Shown in pieces: positions 17,665 to 28,000 of a stretch of 64,000 nt of DNA. The notes under the pieces are model-generated. The model saw nothing but the letters and a program-made list of their open reading frames with translations. It was not told the origin of the DNA and made no database searches. The DNA is from Abditibacterium sp. (GTDB lineage: Bacteria > Armatimonadota > Abditibacteriia > Abditibacteriales > Abditibacteriaceae), in the NCBI GenBank assembly GCA_965246885.1, contig OZ251992.1, positions 864,001-928,000 of the forward strand, read 5' to 3'. Position numbers and translations under genes: made by a program. Within the stretch, counting starts at the first letter, position 1. Each line of letters begins with the position of its first letter.

Positions 17665-20346
17665 ATGCCGCAAACGGAATTAGTCGCCCAGCTACGCGCC
17701 CGCCTCGATGAGGGGCGCGCGCGTTTATGGAAGAAGCACGCGTGGAACAGCCCGATTCGTCCTTGGTTGCAGGAATACTCGGCCTTGGTGGACGAGGTGC
17801 TCACGCGCATCTACCACGAAGCGTGGGCCAAAGCGCGGACGGCGCTGCCTGCTGAAGATCACGAAGCCTCCGCGAACGAGCCGACGCTTGTGCTCCTCGC
17901 CGTCGGCGGCTATGGGCGCTCGGAATTGTGCCCGCACTCCGATATAGACATCGCTTTCGTGCCATCGGAGGAAGAAAACCCCCTGCTGGACTTGGTCATC
18001 AAAGAGGCGTTCCGCCTCATCGTCGAAGTGCTCATTGACGGCGCGAAGATGGAGGTGAGTTCCCCGTATCGGCCCATCTCCGACATCGAGCGCTTAGATC
18101 ACCCCTCCAAAGCGGCGCTTCTCGAAGCGCGGCGCATCGCGGGTAGCGAGAAGTTGGTGCAGGCGGTGCGCGACGAGGTGGCGCGCACGTGGGACGCGGT
18201 TGAGTTCGCCTTGGAAAAAAGCGCCGAGCGGCGGCGGCGTTTCGAGCGCATCGGCCTGTCGCAATATGCCGTCGAGCCGCAGCTAAAAGAGGGCGCCGGG
18301 GGGTTGCGCGACGTTCACTTCGCCCTCTGGAGCGCGGCGGCGCTCCTCAAGACCGACGCGCCGATGAAGGAACTCGTCTCGCGGGGGGTGGTGCTCCAAG
18401 ACGACGCCGCGCGCGTCGAAAGCGCGACCGACTTCTTGCTCAAGTTGCGCGTGTGGCTCCACCTGCGCACTGGGCGCCGCACCGATGTGCTGCGGCTCGA
18501 ATTTCAAGACCGCATGGCGCGCGATCTCTCCTACGTCGGCGCGGGCGGTTTGGCCTCACAAAGCCTGCTGGCCGACTTCTACGCGCACGCCGAAGCCGTC
18601 GCCCGCTTTTGCGACCGCGTGCTCGCGCGCCTGTTGGAAGGGCCATTGCCCTTCGACTCGCACTTCGTCGCCAATCACGGCCAACTGCGCACCGAGCACC
18701 CCTACACCCTTGTCAACCACCCCGAACTCTTACTGACGCCCTTCGCCCTCGCGCGCAAGTATGGCTTCACTTTCGCGCCCTCGCTCGACCGCGCCCTCGA
18801 CGACCTCGTGCCCCACATAGATAGCGACTCGCGGCGCCACCCGCACATGCGGAGCGCCTTCTTCCAGCTTATCGGCGACATCGGCAACTCCGCCGCCGTC
18901 CTCACGGAACTGCGCGCGCGCGGCGCCTTGCAAGCCCTCATTCCCGAAATGACCGCCATGCTGCGCCTCGCGCCCCCCGACCCCTCGCACGAACTGTCGG
19001 TCGGGGAGCACTCCATTTATGCCGTGCGCCAACTGGACGAACTGTGGCGCAAGCGATTAAGCGACGACGAGGTGTATTCCCTCTGGAACGGCGTCGAGGA
19101 CGTGGAACTGCTGGTGCTGGCCACCCTCCTCCACGACGTCGGGAAGATCGAACCGAACACCGACCACGCCGTGTCCGGTGAGCGCTTGGGCACCCGCATC
19201 GCCGAACGGCTGGGGTTGTCGCCGCCACGCACCGCGACTCTGAAGCTCCTCATCCTGCGCCACTTGCTTTTGCCCCGCATCGCACGCCTGCGCGACTTGG
19301 GTGCGGGTGCCACCATCCGCCGCGTTGTCAGTTACGTCCGCGACGTGCCCACGCTCAAGATGCTGTATCTGCTTTCCCTCGCGGACACGTGCGCAGTTGG
19401 CGAGAAGTCGTACTCGCACCTCGATTTAGGAGCCATGCGCGAACTGTACGAGAAGTGCCTGCTCGCCATGACGCGCGCCGAAAACGCCGAAGTGCTCAGC
19501 GACGAAGAGAAGCGCGAGCAACAAGTCCAGCAAGAGCGCGAGCGCATGCGCCGTGACCTGCGCCACCTCGAACTCGACGACGCCACCCTCCAGCGCCTGT
19601 CCAATACCCTCCCCGCCGCCTACGTCCTCAACACGCCGATGCCAACGATGGCCACGCACCTCAAGTTCCTCGACCAGTTGCCCGACGATAAGCTCATCGT
19701 GGACTTTTACCCCCTCCAAAGCCGTAACTTCGCCGAAATGACCGTTGTCGCCTACGACCACGAGAAGCCCGGCCTACTCTCGAAAATCTGCGGCGTCGTT
19801 TACGCGGGCGGCGCGGAAATCGTGTCGGCGCAGGTCTACACCCTGCGCGGCCACGACCTCAACTCCAAGTGGGCGACCGGCGCCCCCGATTATGGGCGCG
19901 ATGTCGTGCTCGACCGCTTGCACCTCATCTCCGGCGGCAAGTCCCTCACGGGTGCGCAAACCGCGAAGATGGCCGCCATGATGCGCGAAGCCCTCATAGA
20001 CGAAAAGCCCATCGCCGATATTCTGCGCGGCGCCGGAAAGAAGGCCGCCCAGTCGGTCGTCACCAGCAAAATCTCCGCGCGCAACGACCTGAGCGACGAA
20101 CACACCGTCCTCACCCTCGTGTGCGACAACGTCCCCGGCCTCTTGTATCACATCGCCCGCGCCTTCGCCGCCCTCGACCTCGACATTCACACCGCCAAAG
20201 TCACCACGTGGGGCGGCCAAGCCGAAGACGCCTTTTACCTCACCCACCGCACCGCCGACGGCCAGAGCCTCAAACTGAGCGACGACGACATCAAAGGCAC
20301 CATCGAAGCCCTCAAAAAGAAACTGCTCAAGCCGGGGAAGGAGTGA
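17665..20346 (+). CDS. glnD: PII uridylyltransferase / uridylyl-removing enzyme
   Basis: AVGGYGRSELCPHSDID, EPQLKEGAGGLRD, HD motif LLHDVGK, two C-terminal ACT domains (PGLL...TAKVTTWG). Confidence 0.9.
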   Translation: MPQTELVAQLRARLDEGRARLWKKHAWNSPIRPWLQEYSALVDEVLTRIYHEAWAKARTALPAEDHEASANEPTLVLLAVGGYGRSELCPHSDIDIAFVPSEEENPLLDLVIKEAFRLIVEVLIDGAKMEVSSPYRPISDIERLDHPSKAALLEARRIAGSEKLVQAVRDEVARTWDAVEFALEKSAERRRRFERIGLSQYAVEPQLKEGAGGLRDVHFALWSAAALLKTDAPMKELVSRGVVLQDDAARVESATDFLLKLRVWLHLRTGRRTDVLRLEFQDRMARDLSYVGAGGLASQSLLADFYAHAEAVARFCDRVLARLLEGPLPFDSHFVANHGQLRTEHPYTLVNHPELLLTPFALARKYGFTFAPSLDRALDDLVPHIDSDSRRHPHMRSAFFQLIGDIGNSAAVLTELRARGALQALIPEMTAMLRLAPPDPSHELSVGEHSIYAVRQLDELWRKRLSDDEVYSLWNGVEDVELLVLATLLHDVGKIEPNTDHAVSGERLGTRIAERLGLSPPRTATLKLLILRHLLLPRIARLRDLGAGATIRRVVSYVRDVPTLKMLYLLSLADTCAVGEKSYSHLDLGAMRELYEKCLLAMTRAENAEVLSDEEKREQQVQQERERMRRDLRHLELDDATLQRLSNTLPAAYVLNTPMPTMATHLKFLDQLPDDKLIVDFYPLQSRNFAEMTVVAYDHEKPGLLSKICGVVYAGGAEIVSAQVYTLRGHDLNSKWATGAPDYGRDVVLDRLHLISGGKSLTGAQTAKMAAMMREALIDEKPIADILRGAGKKAAQSVVTSKISARNDLSDEHTVLTLVCDNVPGLLYHIARAFAALDLDIHTAKVTTWGGQAEDAFYLTHRTADGQSLKLSDDDIKGTIEALKKKLLKPGKE

Positions 20347-20379
20347 GATGACAACCTGACACGCCAAGATCAAGCGGAG

Positions 20380-20454
20380 AGATACCTATCTCCCCGCGCG
20401 GAATCCGTATTTCTTTGGAAGAAACCGGTATTTTGCGCGGGGAGATCCGTATTC
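20380..20454. repeat. 21-bp-period array, family B (AAATCCGTATTT-like core)
   Basis: Cores AGATACCTATCT (20380), GAATCCGTATTT (20401), AAACCGGTATTT (20422) and AGATCCGTATTC (20443). Confidence 0.75.
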
Positions 20455-20585
20455 CAAGCGATGCTTTGTGTAGTTGCGCGCAGGCAGGAGGTCTTTCCCT
20501 CGAAGAGGGAGGAAGAAACTTAATCCTGCTTTAAAGTTGCTGTGGCAAAGTGGAGGGGCGCCGCAACGCCCGGCACACCATCTCC

Positions 20586-22589
20586 ATGAAAAACAACCGA
20601 AGCCAAAGGCGCAGCCACTTTCATGCCTTGCGTTGGCCGCTTTGTGCGGCGATGTCTGTGGGGAGCTTGATGCTAACGCCGCGCATGGGCCACGCGGGTA
20701 GTTGGTCTGTGTCGCTGGATCACAATGGGCAGTCGGATAGTAGCGCGGGCCAAGGCCAGACCAAGGGCCATGTCTGGGTGTGGCAGAACCCCGCCGGTGG
20801 AGAAGATGACAGCTATGAGGGGCATGGCTCTGGGAGTGGCCCACTGGATATGGGCCAAACGCAAACGGGGAGCGTCGCTGGGAACTTCACCCTCGTGCTG
20901 CGCTGGACGCCCTCGGCCAAAGGCGAGAAGATTCCGCCGTTTGTGGGCGTGTGGTTCTGGCAAGAGGCAACGGGCGAGGGTGGGCGGTCGGACTTGGGCG
21001 AGCCAAACGGCTACAATGGGCAGGGGTTGAGGGGCACGCCCGGCAGCGTCACCTTGACCACGCGCGCCGCCGCCCCCGATGGCAAGAGCTACTCGGACGC
21101 AACCCACGCGCAGAAAGCACCCAACGACCCCCACTACACACAGTTCTCCAGCTACTCGGTGACGCCCGTCAGCTTCCTCACCATCTCCACCCAAGGCGCC
21201 TCGCCCACCCACAACAGCGTCACCAAGACCGATGGCTCGTTGTATGTGACGTATGCCATGCCCCCGCTCAGCGCCACCTTACGCGTCACAATGGGCAGGT
21301 ATCCCGACCCAGCGTATGATGGGGGTGAGCAGGGGGACAATGTAACAGCCACAGTAGGCGTGCTTCCCCACTACGCCCTCGACCCGCACCAACTCTGGAT
21401 TAGCTCCGACATCGAACCCAGCTACAAGAAATTCACGGCGCCTTTGCCTCCGGCCCCTAATCCTCTTCCCGACTACTGCTACCGGAAGAACCCCGACGGT
21501 AGCTTCAAGACGGACGGTGCGGGCAGTCGCCAAATGGACATCGGAGCGGGGCGCCCCGTGTTGTGGGCTGACTCCAAGAACGGTCTTTACGCTATCCAGT
21601 GCCAGCGTAATCCCGATGGTTCGGTGGCCGTAGAAAGTGCGGCCAAAATGGATTCTTTCTCAAAGAACTGGTTCGCATGGAATTACTTCACGGCCAACAC
21701 AGTCGGGTTCCCGTCGCGTACTACCTACAAATGGAGTCTCGATGGCTCCTTCGTCGGCCCGGAGTTTCACGACTCTCAGGACAACTCTATTGTAGCCAAT
21801 GGTGGCGACGCTAAAAATATGCATCTCGCTAAAGGCATCAACAGTGGAGGCGTTCTTGTTGGCGGCGAATCACATGTCGAGTTGGGCGGTTCATCGGGAG
21901 CAATTGCTTCAAGCAGCTCTGCAAGAGTCAATGTGGCTGACCCCAACGGCGTCTCATTGGCAAGCTCCTATAACATCAATTGGCACTATCCCTTTGAGCC
22001 GTATCACAAACGGCCCAACATCCACCACTTCACATGGCGCACCGCTTTAAGTCAAGTGGATGACGGAGCCAACTTCAGCCTTGCCAACGGTGCCGCTAAG
22101 TCTCAGCAAAATCCTTATCAAAGGCAGGAAGAATCCTTCGTCCCAGTTGCAAAAGCAGGGATGGATGGTGTAGATCAGGTTTCTGGCTACCTTCCAGCCG
22201 GAAAGGACATTGCCGAAATTCTGACCAAACTGGGTGGCAAGGCTGTTGACTGGTATGTGGAAAAGAACTTCCCTACCAAATCACAGCACTTCACGAACGT
22301 CGCCGAAGCGTGGGCCTACTCGATACAGCATCAGCAGTCCGGCAATAGCGAAGGGGATGATCCCGCGCCCATCGTGGACTTAGTGCCTTCTGATCTTCTT
22401 TCCGATCCAGATGGGTGGATTTACTGTACCCATCAAGTTTTCGAGATCGTCCATACGCGCCGCGAAAGTTGGGACGCCGATGCGTATAACGGTCATGGAT
22501 ATGTCGCCCACAATGAGATCGTCAATGCAGATGAAGCTCTCGGTGTAACCGTCGAAATCCAATTCAAGGAGGTGAGGAAAAAACCATGA
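20586..22589 (+). CDS. Large secreted hypothetical protein
   Basis: Basic N-terminus plus hydrophobic signal-like segment; Gly/Ser/Thr/Asn-rich; no family recognised. Confidence 0.7.
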   Translation: MKNNRSQRRSHFHALRWPLCAAMSVGSLMLTPRMGHAGSWSVSLDHNGQSDSSAGQGQTKGHVWVWQNPAGGEDDSYEGHGSGSGPLDMGQTQTGSVAGNFTLVLRWTPSAKGEKIPPFVGVWFWQEATGEGGRSDLGEPNGYNGQGLRGTPGSVTLTTRAAAPDGKSYSDATHAQKAPNDPHYTQFSSYSVTPVSFLTISTQGASPTHNSVTKTDGSLYVTYAMPPLSATLRVTMGRYPDPAYDGGEQGDNVTATVGVLPHYALDPHQLWISSDIEPSYKKFTAPLPPAPNPLPDYCYRKNPDGSFKTDGAGSRQMDIGAGRPVLWADSKNGLYAIQCQRNPDGSVAVESAAKMDSFSKNWFAWNYFTANTVGFPSRTTYKWSLDGSFVGPEFHDSQDNSIVANGGDAKNMHLAKGINSGGVLVGGESHVELGGSSGAIASSSSARVNVADPNGVSLASSYNINWHYPFEPYHKRPNIHHFTWRTALSQVDDGANFSLANGAAKSQQNPYQRQEESFVPVAKAGMDGVDQVSGYLPAGKDIAEILTKLGGKAVDWYVEKNFPTKSQHFTNVAEAWAYSIQHQQSGNSEGDDPAPIVDLVPSDLLSDPDGWIYCTHQVFEIVHTRRESWDADAYNGHGYVAHNEIVNADEALGVTVEIQFKEVRKKP

Positions 22590-23392
22590 GCCGCTCACTA
22601 TCTGCTATTCTTGTGATCCCTCTTGTAGTCGGATGTTTTAATCCATGTCACGCCGAAAATCCGGCAGAACAAGCCTTCATGCACGCTGCTATGGAGGATT
22701 CCATCAATCCCAAGTGGCTGACTCAAGATTGGGATGAGAAGGCAAACAAGCCTTACGTCGCCAAGGCTCTTGATGTTGAGAGGCTGTTGCAAAAGAAGGC
22801 GACTCCTGCTGTCATCCTCAAAAGATACGAGGGAGTGGCGCGCAAACAACCGACCAACAGCCTCGCCATCTTCTCTTGGGTGTATGCGCGTTACCGTCTG
22901 GTGGAGGCAGAGCGGATAAAGAAGCCTTTGTCTCAAGTGTGCGAGGAACTCTACAAAGTTCTGGTCATGGCTCCCGCACCGCCTTCTGCCGAATACACTC
23001 GGTTGCGCTTCAAGGTCGAGGCTAACACCCACTTGGCCTCACACTTGTCACAAATCGGCCCACGCCTGATTGCCCGTTACAAGAATGACCGCTCTTTGCT
23101 GCTGTGCTATAGCGCCGTCGTAGGCGACAGCAACAGCGAGGCTGGCGTGCATAACGACTACGCGATGGTCAAAAAATTCCCCAAAGACCCGGCCTTCCGA
23201 TGGAACTTGGCGATGGATTTGTCTACTTTGGCATGGAAGAAACGAGATGCTAAGCTACTCGATGCCAGTGAACTTCAGTTCAAGGTGTTCGAGAAGTTGG
23301 CTCCGCCCAATTATTCTTTGCGGCGCTATCTACCGAACGCGAGAGAATACATTCGGCGCAAGCGGCTGAGATTTGCTGGAAAGACCCCTTGA
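22586..23392 (+). CDS. Exported helical hypothetical protein
   Basis: Signal-like MSRSLSAILVIPLVVGC; ATGA overlap with the previous gene. Confidence 0.7.
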   Translation: MSRSLSAILVIPLVVGCFNPCHAENPAEQAFMHAAMEDSINPKWLTQDWDEKANKPYVAKALDVERLLQKKATPAVILKRYEGVARKQPTNSLAIFSWVYARYRLVEAERIKKPLSQVCEELYKVLVMAPAPPSAEYTRLRFKVEANTHLASHLSQIGPRLIARYKNDRSLLLCYSAVVGDSNSEAGVHNDYAMVKKFPKDPAFRWNLAMDLSTLAWKKRDAKLLDASELQFKVFEKLAPPNYSLRRYLPNAREYIRRKRLRFAGKTP

Positions 23393-23422
23393 GTTAACAG
23401 CACATGACAGCCAACCCAGCAA

Positions 23423-23447
23423 CGCCCCGTTTCGATGAAACGGGGCG
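23423..23447. terminator. Hairpin between convergent genes
   Basis: CGCCCCGTTTC-GAT-GAAACGGGGCG. Confidence 0.6.
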
Positions 23448-23649
23448 CCTTCGTTTAAAATAGCATGAACCGTTTGCGGGGTTTGTCTTTGGCTTCGGCG
23501 GGGAGGGGAAAGCGGAAGAGGGTTTGGGCGAGTTGTTTGACGGCAAGGGAGAGTTCCGATTGGGCTTGGGTGAGGACGAAGGGGCTGCCCATGTTGATGC
23601 TTTGGGCAGTGACTTGGGGGCGTCGGGCGGGAGCGGAGCGTTCCTGCTC

Positions 23650-24435
23650 TTAACTACTCGCCGAGCCATAAAACCGCAGCGCGAAGCGGAAGAACCAACC
23701 CGAAAACGCGAGGAAGGTTGCGGCCAAAGCGAGGGCGGCGAGGAGGGTGGTGGGGTGGGCGCGGCCCAAGAGGGCTTGAGTCGGGAAGGTCGTCAGGAAA
23801 GCGACGGGAAGGATGAGAGTCAGAAAGGTAAGGGCGCGGGCGGGGTAGATTTGCAGGGGGAAGCGCGCCATCTGCATCATCGGGTCGAATACGACGGCGA
23901 TGCCGTCGAGTTTAACCGCCCACACCGCAAAGGTTACGCACACAAACCAAATGGCGTAGGCAAGCGTGAAGCCGCACGCGAGGAGCGACGCCCACAACAG
24001 CCAGTCGAGCAAAGAGGGGAGATGCGCCATGCGATGCAAGCCGACGCCAATCAAGGCGAAGCCGCCGAGCGAGTTTAAGCAGCCGTTGAGGTCGAGATAG
24101 CGCGCCGACACGAAAAACTGCGTCGAGACGGGCTTGGTCAGCGCCAAATCGAGGCTCCCGTCTCGCACACCACCCGCGAAACGCCACATGTTCGGCCCCA
24201 GCGCGCCGTAGCAAAACGACTCCAATACCACGAACGTGCCATACAGCACCCACATCTCGTCCCGGCTCCACCCGCGCACCGCCCCCACTTGCCCGAACAC
24301 GATGTCAATAAACAGTAGCGACACCGCCGTCCAGATGGCATACCCCACCACGCCCGCGAAAAACTGCGCGCGGAACTCCATCGCCCGCGCGATGCAGTTG
24401 AGCGCGAAGGCGCGGTAAAGGCGGAGGTAACGCAT
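23650..24435 (-). CDS. ABC-2 family (DUF990-like) permease
   Basis: MEFRAQF, VRGWS, VRDGSLDLALTKPVSTQF, ARFPLQIY, ALRFYGSASS. Confidence 0.85.
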   Translation of the reverse strand: MRYLRLYRAFALNCIARAMEFRAQFFAGVVGYAIWTAVSLLFIDIVFGQVGAVRGWSRDEMWVLYGTFVVLESFCYGALGPNMWRFAGGVRDGSLDLALTKPVSTQFFVSARYLDLNGCLNSLGGFALIGVGLHRMAHLPSLLDWLLWASLLACGFTLAYAIWFVCVTFAVWAVKLDGIAVVFDPMMQMARFPLQIYPARALTFLTLILPVAFLTTFPTQALLGRAHPTTLLAALALAATFLAFSGWFFRFALRFYGSASS

Positions 24436-24487
24436 GGGTTTTGTGAAAGAGGAAGGGGACGAGCGAACTCCTAAACGCCGCGCCGCC

Positions 24488-24565
24488 GTCATTCTGAGCC
24501 TGCGAAGGATTTTAGGTCACGCTATCCGCGCAGTCACTATAGATCCTTCGCAAGCTCAAGATGAC
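24488..24565. repeat. Palindromic REP/MITE-like element (same family as 56819-56900)
   Basis: GTCATTCTGAGCCTGCGAAGGATTT ... AGATCCTTCGCAAGCTCAAGATGAC imperfect inverted repeat. Confidence 0.8.
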
Positions 24566-24639
24566 CAAACCGGGGTTTGCGTGCGCTTAGGTGCGACCTG
24601 CTCCGGTCGGGACGCCGACATTGGCCCGCGCCCTAAAAC

Positions 24640-27600
24640 CTACCACGTCACCCCGCTTTGCAGCAGTTTAAGCGCGGCGTCGGGCGGCAGGGGACGCGAA
24701 AAGAAAAAGCCTTGGCCGCCTTTGCAATTGAGCGCGCGCAGGTCGCTCAGTTGTCTGGCGTCCTCGATGCCTTCGGCGACGACATCCATACCGAGGTTGA
24801 GGCCCAACGCCACGATGGTGCGCACGATTTCGCGGTTTTCGCCGCCGTCCTCCATGCGCATCACAAACGAGCGGTCTATCTTGAGCGTATCCAACGGGAA
24901 GCGGTGCAAGTAACTCAGTGACGAGTAGCCCGTGCCAAAGTCGTCGAGCGCCAACTGCACTCCCAACGCGCGCAGCGTATGGAGCCGCTCCGTTACCGCT
25001 TGGGCGTTCTCCATGATGGCCGATTCGGTGATTTCTAACTTCAGGTTCTGCGGCGCAATGTTCCACTTCGCCAGTTGCTCCGAAATGAACGGGATGAGGT
25101 TGGGCTGCGAGAACTGCTTGCCGCTCAGGTTGACGCTCATCGTGAGCGGCGGGTCAGGGCGCAGTTCCGCTTGCCAGAGCGCCAACTGCTCGCACGCGGT
25201 CTCCAACACCCACGCGCCGATGGGCACGATCCACCCCGTCTCTTCCGCGACGGGGATGAACTCGGCGGGCGACACGAGGCCGCGCTCCGGGTGACGCCAG
25301 CGCACAAGCGCTTCCATACCCGTAATGGCGCCGCTCTGGAGCGAGATGATCGGTTGATAGTGCAACTCGAACTCGCGCCGCTCGATGGCCCAGCGCAGAT
25401 CGGTTTCCAGTTGCAAGAGAGCGACGGCGCGGGTGTGCATCCCCGAATCGAAGACCTCGTGCCGCGCTTTGCCCAGCGATTTCGCGCGGTACATCGCCAT
25501 ATCCGCATCCCGCAGCAAGTCGTCCGGGTTGTCGTAGCCCGCGTGCGCGAGGGCGATGCCAATCGAAGCCGACGAGAAGACCTCCTGACCGACCAAGGTG
25601 AACGGCGCCGCCATCGCGCTTTGCACGCGCTCGGCGACGACGGTCGCATCGGTTTGGTCGCGCACATCCTCCAACAGGATGGCGAACTCATCCCCGCCCA
25701 AGCGGGACACGGTATCGCCGGGGCGCAGGCACTCTTCCAAGCGCCGCGCCAGCGCCACTAATAGCTCGTCGCCCGCCATGTGGCCGAGCGAGTCGTTAAT
25801 GTTCTTGAAGCGGTCGAAATCGAGGAACAAGACCGCGAAAATCGCCGTCGGGTGGCGCTTCAAGCGCGCGAAGGCTTGCGCCAAACGGTCGGAAAACAGC
25901 GCGCGGTTGGCCAGCCCCGTCAGCTTGTCGTGGAGGGCGTTGTGCAGCAGTTGGTCTTGCGCGTTCTTGCGGTCGGTGATGTCCTCGACCGTGCCCTCGT
26001 AATAACGCAGTTCCCCATCGCCGCGCACCTCGCGGGCGTTTTCCGAGATCCAAATGACCTGCCCATCCTTGCGGCGGATTTGCGCCTCGAAGTTGGAAAC
26101 TTTGCCCTGCTTGCGCATCTCCTCGATGAACTCCGCGCGCTTGCGGTCGTTGACGTAAAGTTCGCGCGAAATATCCGAATAGGAACCGATGAGTTGAGCG
26201 GGCGAGTCGAAGCCGTAGATGCGGGCGAGCGACGGGTTCGCGGCGAGGTAGCGGCCATCGGGCGAGGTTTGGAAGATGCCCTCGACGGCGTTCTCGAAGA
26301 TGGAGCGGTAGCGCAGTTCGGCTTCGCGCAGTTGTTCTTCGGCGCGCTTGCGGGCCGAGATGTCGCGGGTGACGATCTGAATCTCCTCGACTTCGCCCGA
26401 AGGCCCGATGACGGCGCGCCCCGCCGACTCGCACCACACGTAATGCCCTTCGCGGTGCAAGCGGCGATACACTACCGTCGCTACGCGCGACGGGTCGCGT
26501 AGCGACTGGCCATACGCTTCGATGAGCGCTCCCACGTCGTCGGGGTGCACTGTTTCTAAGGGGTGGCGCCCTATCAACTCTTCGGGCGCGTAGCCAATGA
26601 TGTTCTCAATCGCGGGCGATACATAGAGGGTTTGAAACTGCGGCGAGATGCGCGAAATCGCGTCCGAGGAGTTCTCCGCGAGCAAGCGGAAGAGTTGCTC
26701 GCTGTCGCGGAGCGCCTGCGCGTCGCGGTGTGAGGCCGACACGTCGCGCGCTACCCACACCACCTCGTCGTCATTGAGCGGCGTCACCGTCGCCTCGAAC
26801 CACTTGTCGCCTCCGTCGAGATGCAGCGAATACTCCAACCGGGCCGGAGCGCGCGTGTCGAGCGCGCACGCGATGGCACCCTCGAACTTCCAAGCTGTCG
26901 CCGCGTCGAAAAACTCGCGCAACGCGCGCCCCGGTATATTGGCGGGCGGCTGAATCAGGATGTCCGGGTTGCTCGTAATGACCTTGCGATACACCCCCGC
27001 CCGGTCAATGATAAACAGCGCGTCGCTCATTAGCCCCAACAGGGCAAGCAATTCCGCTTCGGACTCCCGGAGCGCCAACTCGCTTTGCCCGCGCGCCACG
27101 CCCGCGCCCAGCAGATCGGCGCACAAGCGCAGCGTTTCCCTTTCGGCTTCGCTCCAAATCCGCTCGCGGACGCAGTCGTCCACTCCCACATAGCCCCACC
27201 ACTTCCCTTCGAGGAAAATCGGCACATTGATGACCGATACAATATTGCTGTGTTCAAGCGCGGCGCGTTGCTGTGGCGCCAAATCTTTCACCAAAGCTTC
27301 GACCGCCTCGCCCCCTTCCATCAAGCGCGCCCACGCGCCAAAACCGATGTCATTTAAGTCGTAGTCGTTGTAACAGCTTTCAGGCGTCGGCTCAATGCCC
27401 GGCGCACACCACGTATAACGTAGCGAGAAACGCGGTGTGTCGGGCGCAATTTTCTCGATGATGTCCAGCCGCGATGCGCCCAGCGCCCGCCCCAACTCAT
27501 CCAAGGCTTCGGCGACTTTGGCTTCCCAGCTGTCAGACAAGAAACAGCGCGCTACAAACGCCGCCGCGTGCAACATGGCTTCGCGTCCGATGGGGGGCGC

Positions 27601-27678
27601 CGCGCCCACCGCGCCATTGGTCGTCGCCGGGGGCGAAACCCACACATCGGGCCTGCTCGAAGTGGAAGAAGAACTCAT
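24640..27678 (-). CDS. GAF-PAS-GGDEF-EAL c-di-GMP signalling protein
   Basis: HDKLTGLANR, SRLGGDEF, MEALVRW, ALDDFGTGYSSL; several PAS-like segments. Confidence 0.93.
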   Translation of the reverse strand: MSSSSTSSRPDVWVSPPATTNGAVGAAPPIGREAMLHAAAFVARCFLSDSWEAKVAEALDELGRALGASRLDIIEKIAPDTPRFSLRYTWCAPGIEPTPESCYNDYDLNDIGFGAWARLMEGGEAVEALVKDLAPQQRAALEHSNIVSVINVPIFLEGKWWGYVGVDDCVRERIWSEAERETLRLCADLLGAGVARGQSELALRESEAELLALLGLMSDALFIIDRAGVYRKVITSNPDILIQPPANIPGRALREFFDAATAWKFEGAIACALDTRAPARLEYSLHLDGGDKWFEATVTPLNDDEVVWVARDVSASHRDAQALRDSEQLFRLLAENSSDAISRISPQFQTLYVSPAIENIIGYAPEELIGRHPLETVHPDDVGALIEAYGQSLRDPSRVATVVYRRLHREGHYVWCESAGRAVIGPSGEVEEIQIVTRDISARKRAEEQLREAELRYRSIFENAVEGIFQTSPDGRYLAANPSLARIYGFDSPAQLIGSYSDISRELYVNDRKRAEFIEEMRKQGKVSNFEAQIRRKDGQVIWISENAREVRGDGELRYYEGTVEDITDRKNAQDQLLHNALHDKLTGLANRALFSDRLAQAFARLKRHPTAIFAVLFLDFDRFKNINDSLGHMAGDELLVALARRLEECLRPGDTVSRLGGDEFAILLEDVRDQTDATVVAERVQSAMAAPFTLVGQEVFSSASIGIALAHAGYDNPDDLLRDADMAMYRAKSLGKARHEVFDSGMHTRAVALLQLETDLRWAIERREFELHYQPIISLQSGAITGMEALVRWRHPERGLVSPAEFIPVAEETGWIVPIGAWVLETACEQLALWQAELRPDPPLTMSVNLSGKQFSQPNLIPFISEQLAKWNIAPQNLKLEITESAIMENAQAVTERLHTLRALGVQLALDDFGTGYSSLSYLHRFPLDTLKIDRSFVMRMEDGGENREIVRTIVALGLNLGMDVVAEGIEDARQLSDLRALNCKGGQGFFFSRPLPPDAALKLLQSGVTW

Positions 27679-27848
27679 GGAAGTGACCCACACCCGGAGC
27701 AAATGTGGCCCCGCCAGCGTGACCAGTTTCCCACAAATGCGAAGGGAACTCTCGCGTTTTTTTTCGGTTAATTCCCGTTCTTTTCGGGGAGCAGTGCAGG
27801 AGACAATAGAGGTGGGCGGTTCGTCGCAGGGTGTCGGCGCGCTTTTGC

Positions 27849-27970
27849 CAGACGTCCGCCGAGCGGTGACAGACGTCCGCCGAGCGGTAACAGACGTCCG
27901 CCGAAGAGGGACAGACGTCTGGGATTGTTCCGCCGCCCTCTGTCACCGAATCCCGCGCCTCTGTCACCGA
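27849..27970. repeat. 21-bp-period array, family C (CAGACGTCCGC)
   Basis: CAGACGTC at 27849, 27870, 27891, 27912; inverted CCTCTGTCACCGA at 27937 and 27958. Confidence 0.88.
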
Positions 27971-28000
27971 GTGGCGCGGGTCTCTTTCCATGCGAGCGAT

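Noticed and set aside
23394..23650. G/T-rich stretch between convergent genes (ORF 23394-23669 minus)
   Set aside because: No clear period or family motif; possibly a decayed gene fragment, left uncalled.
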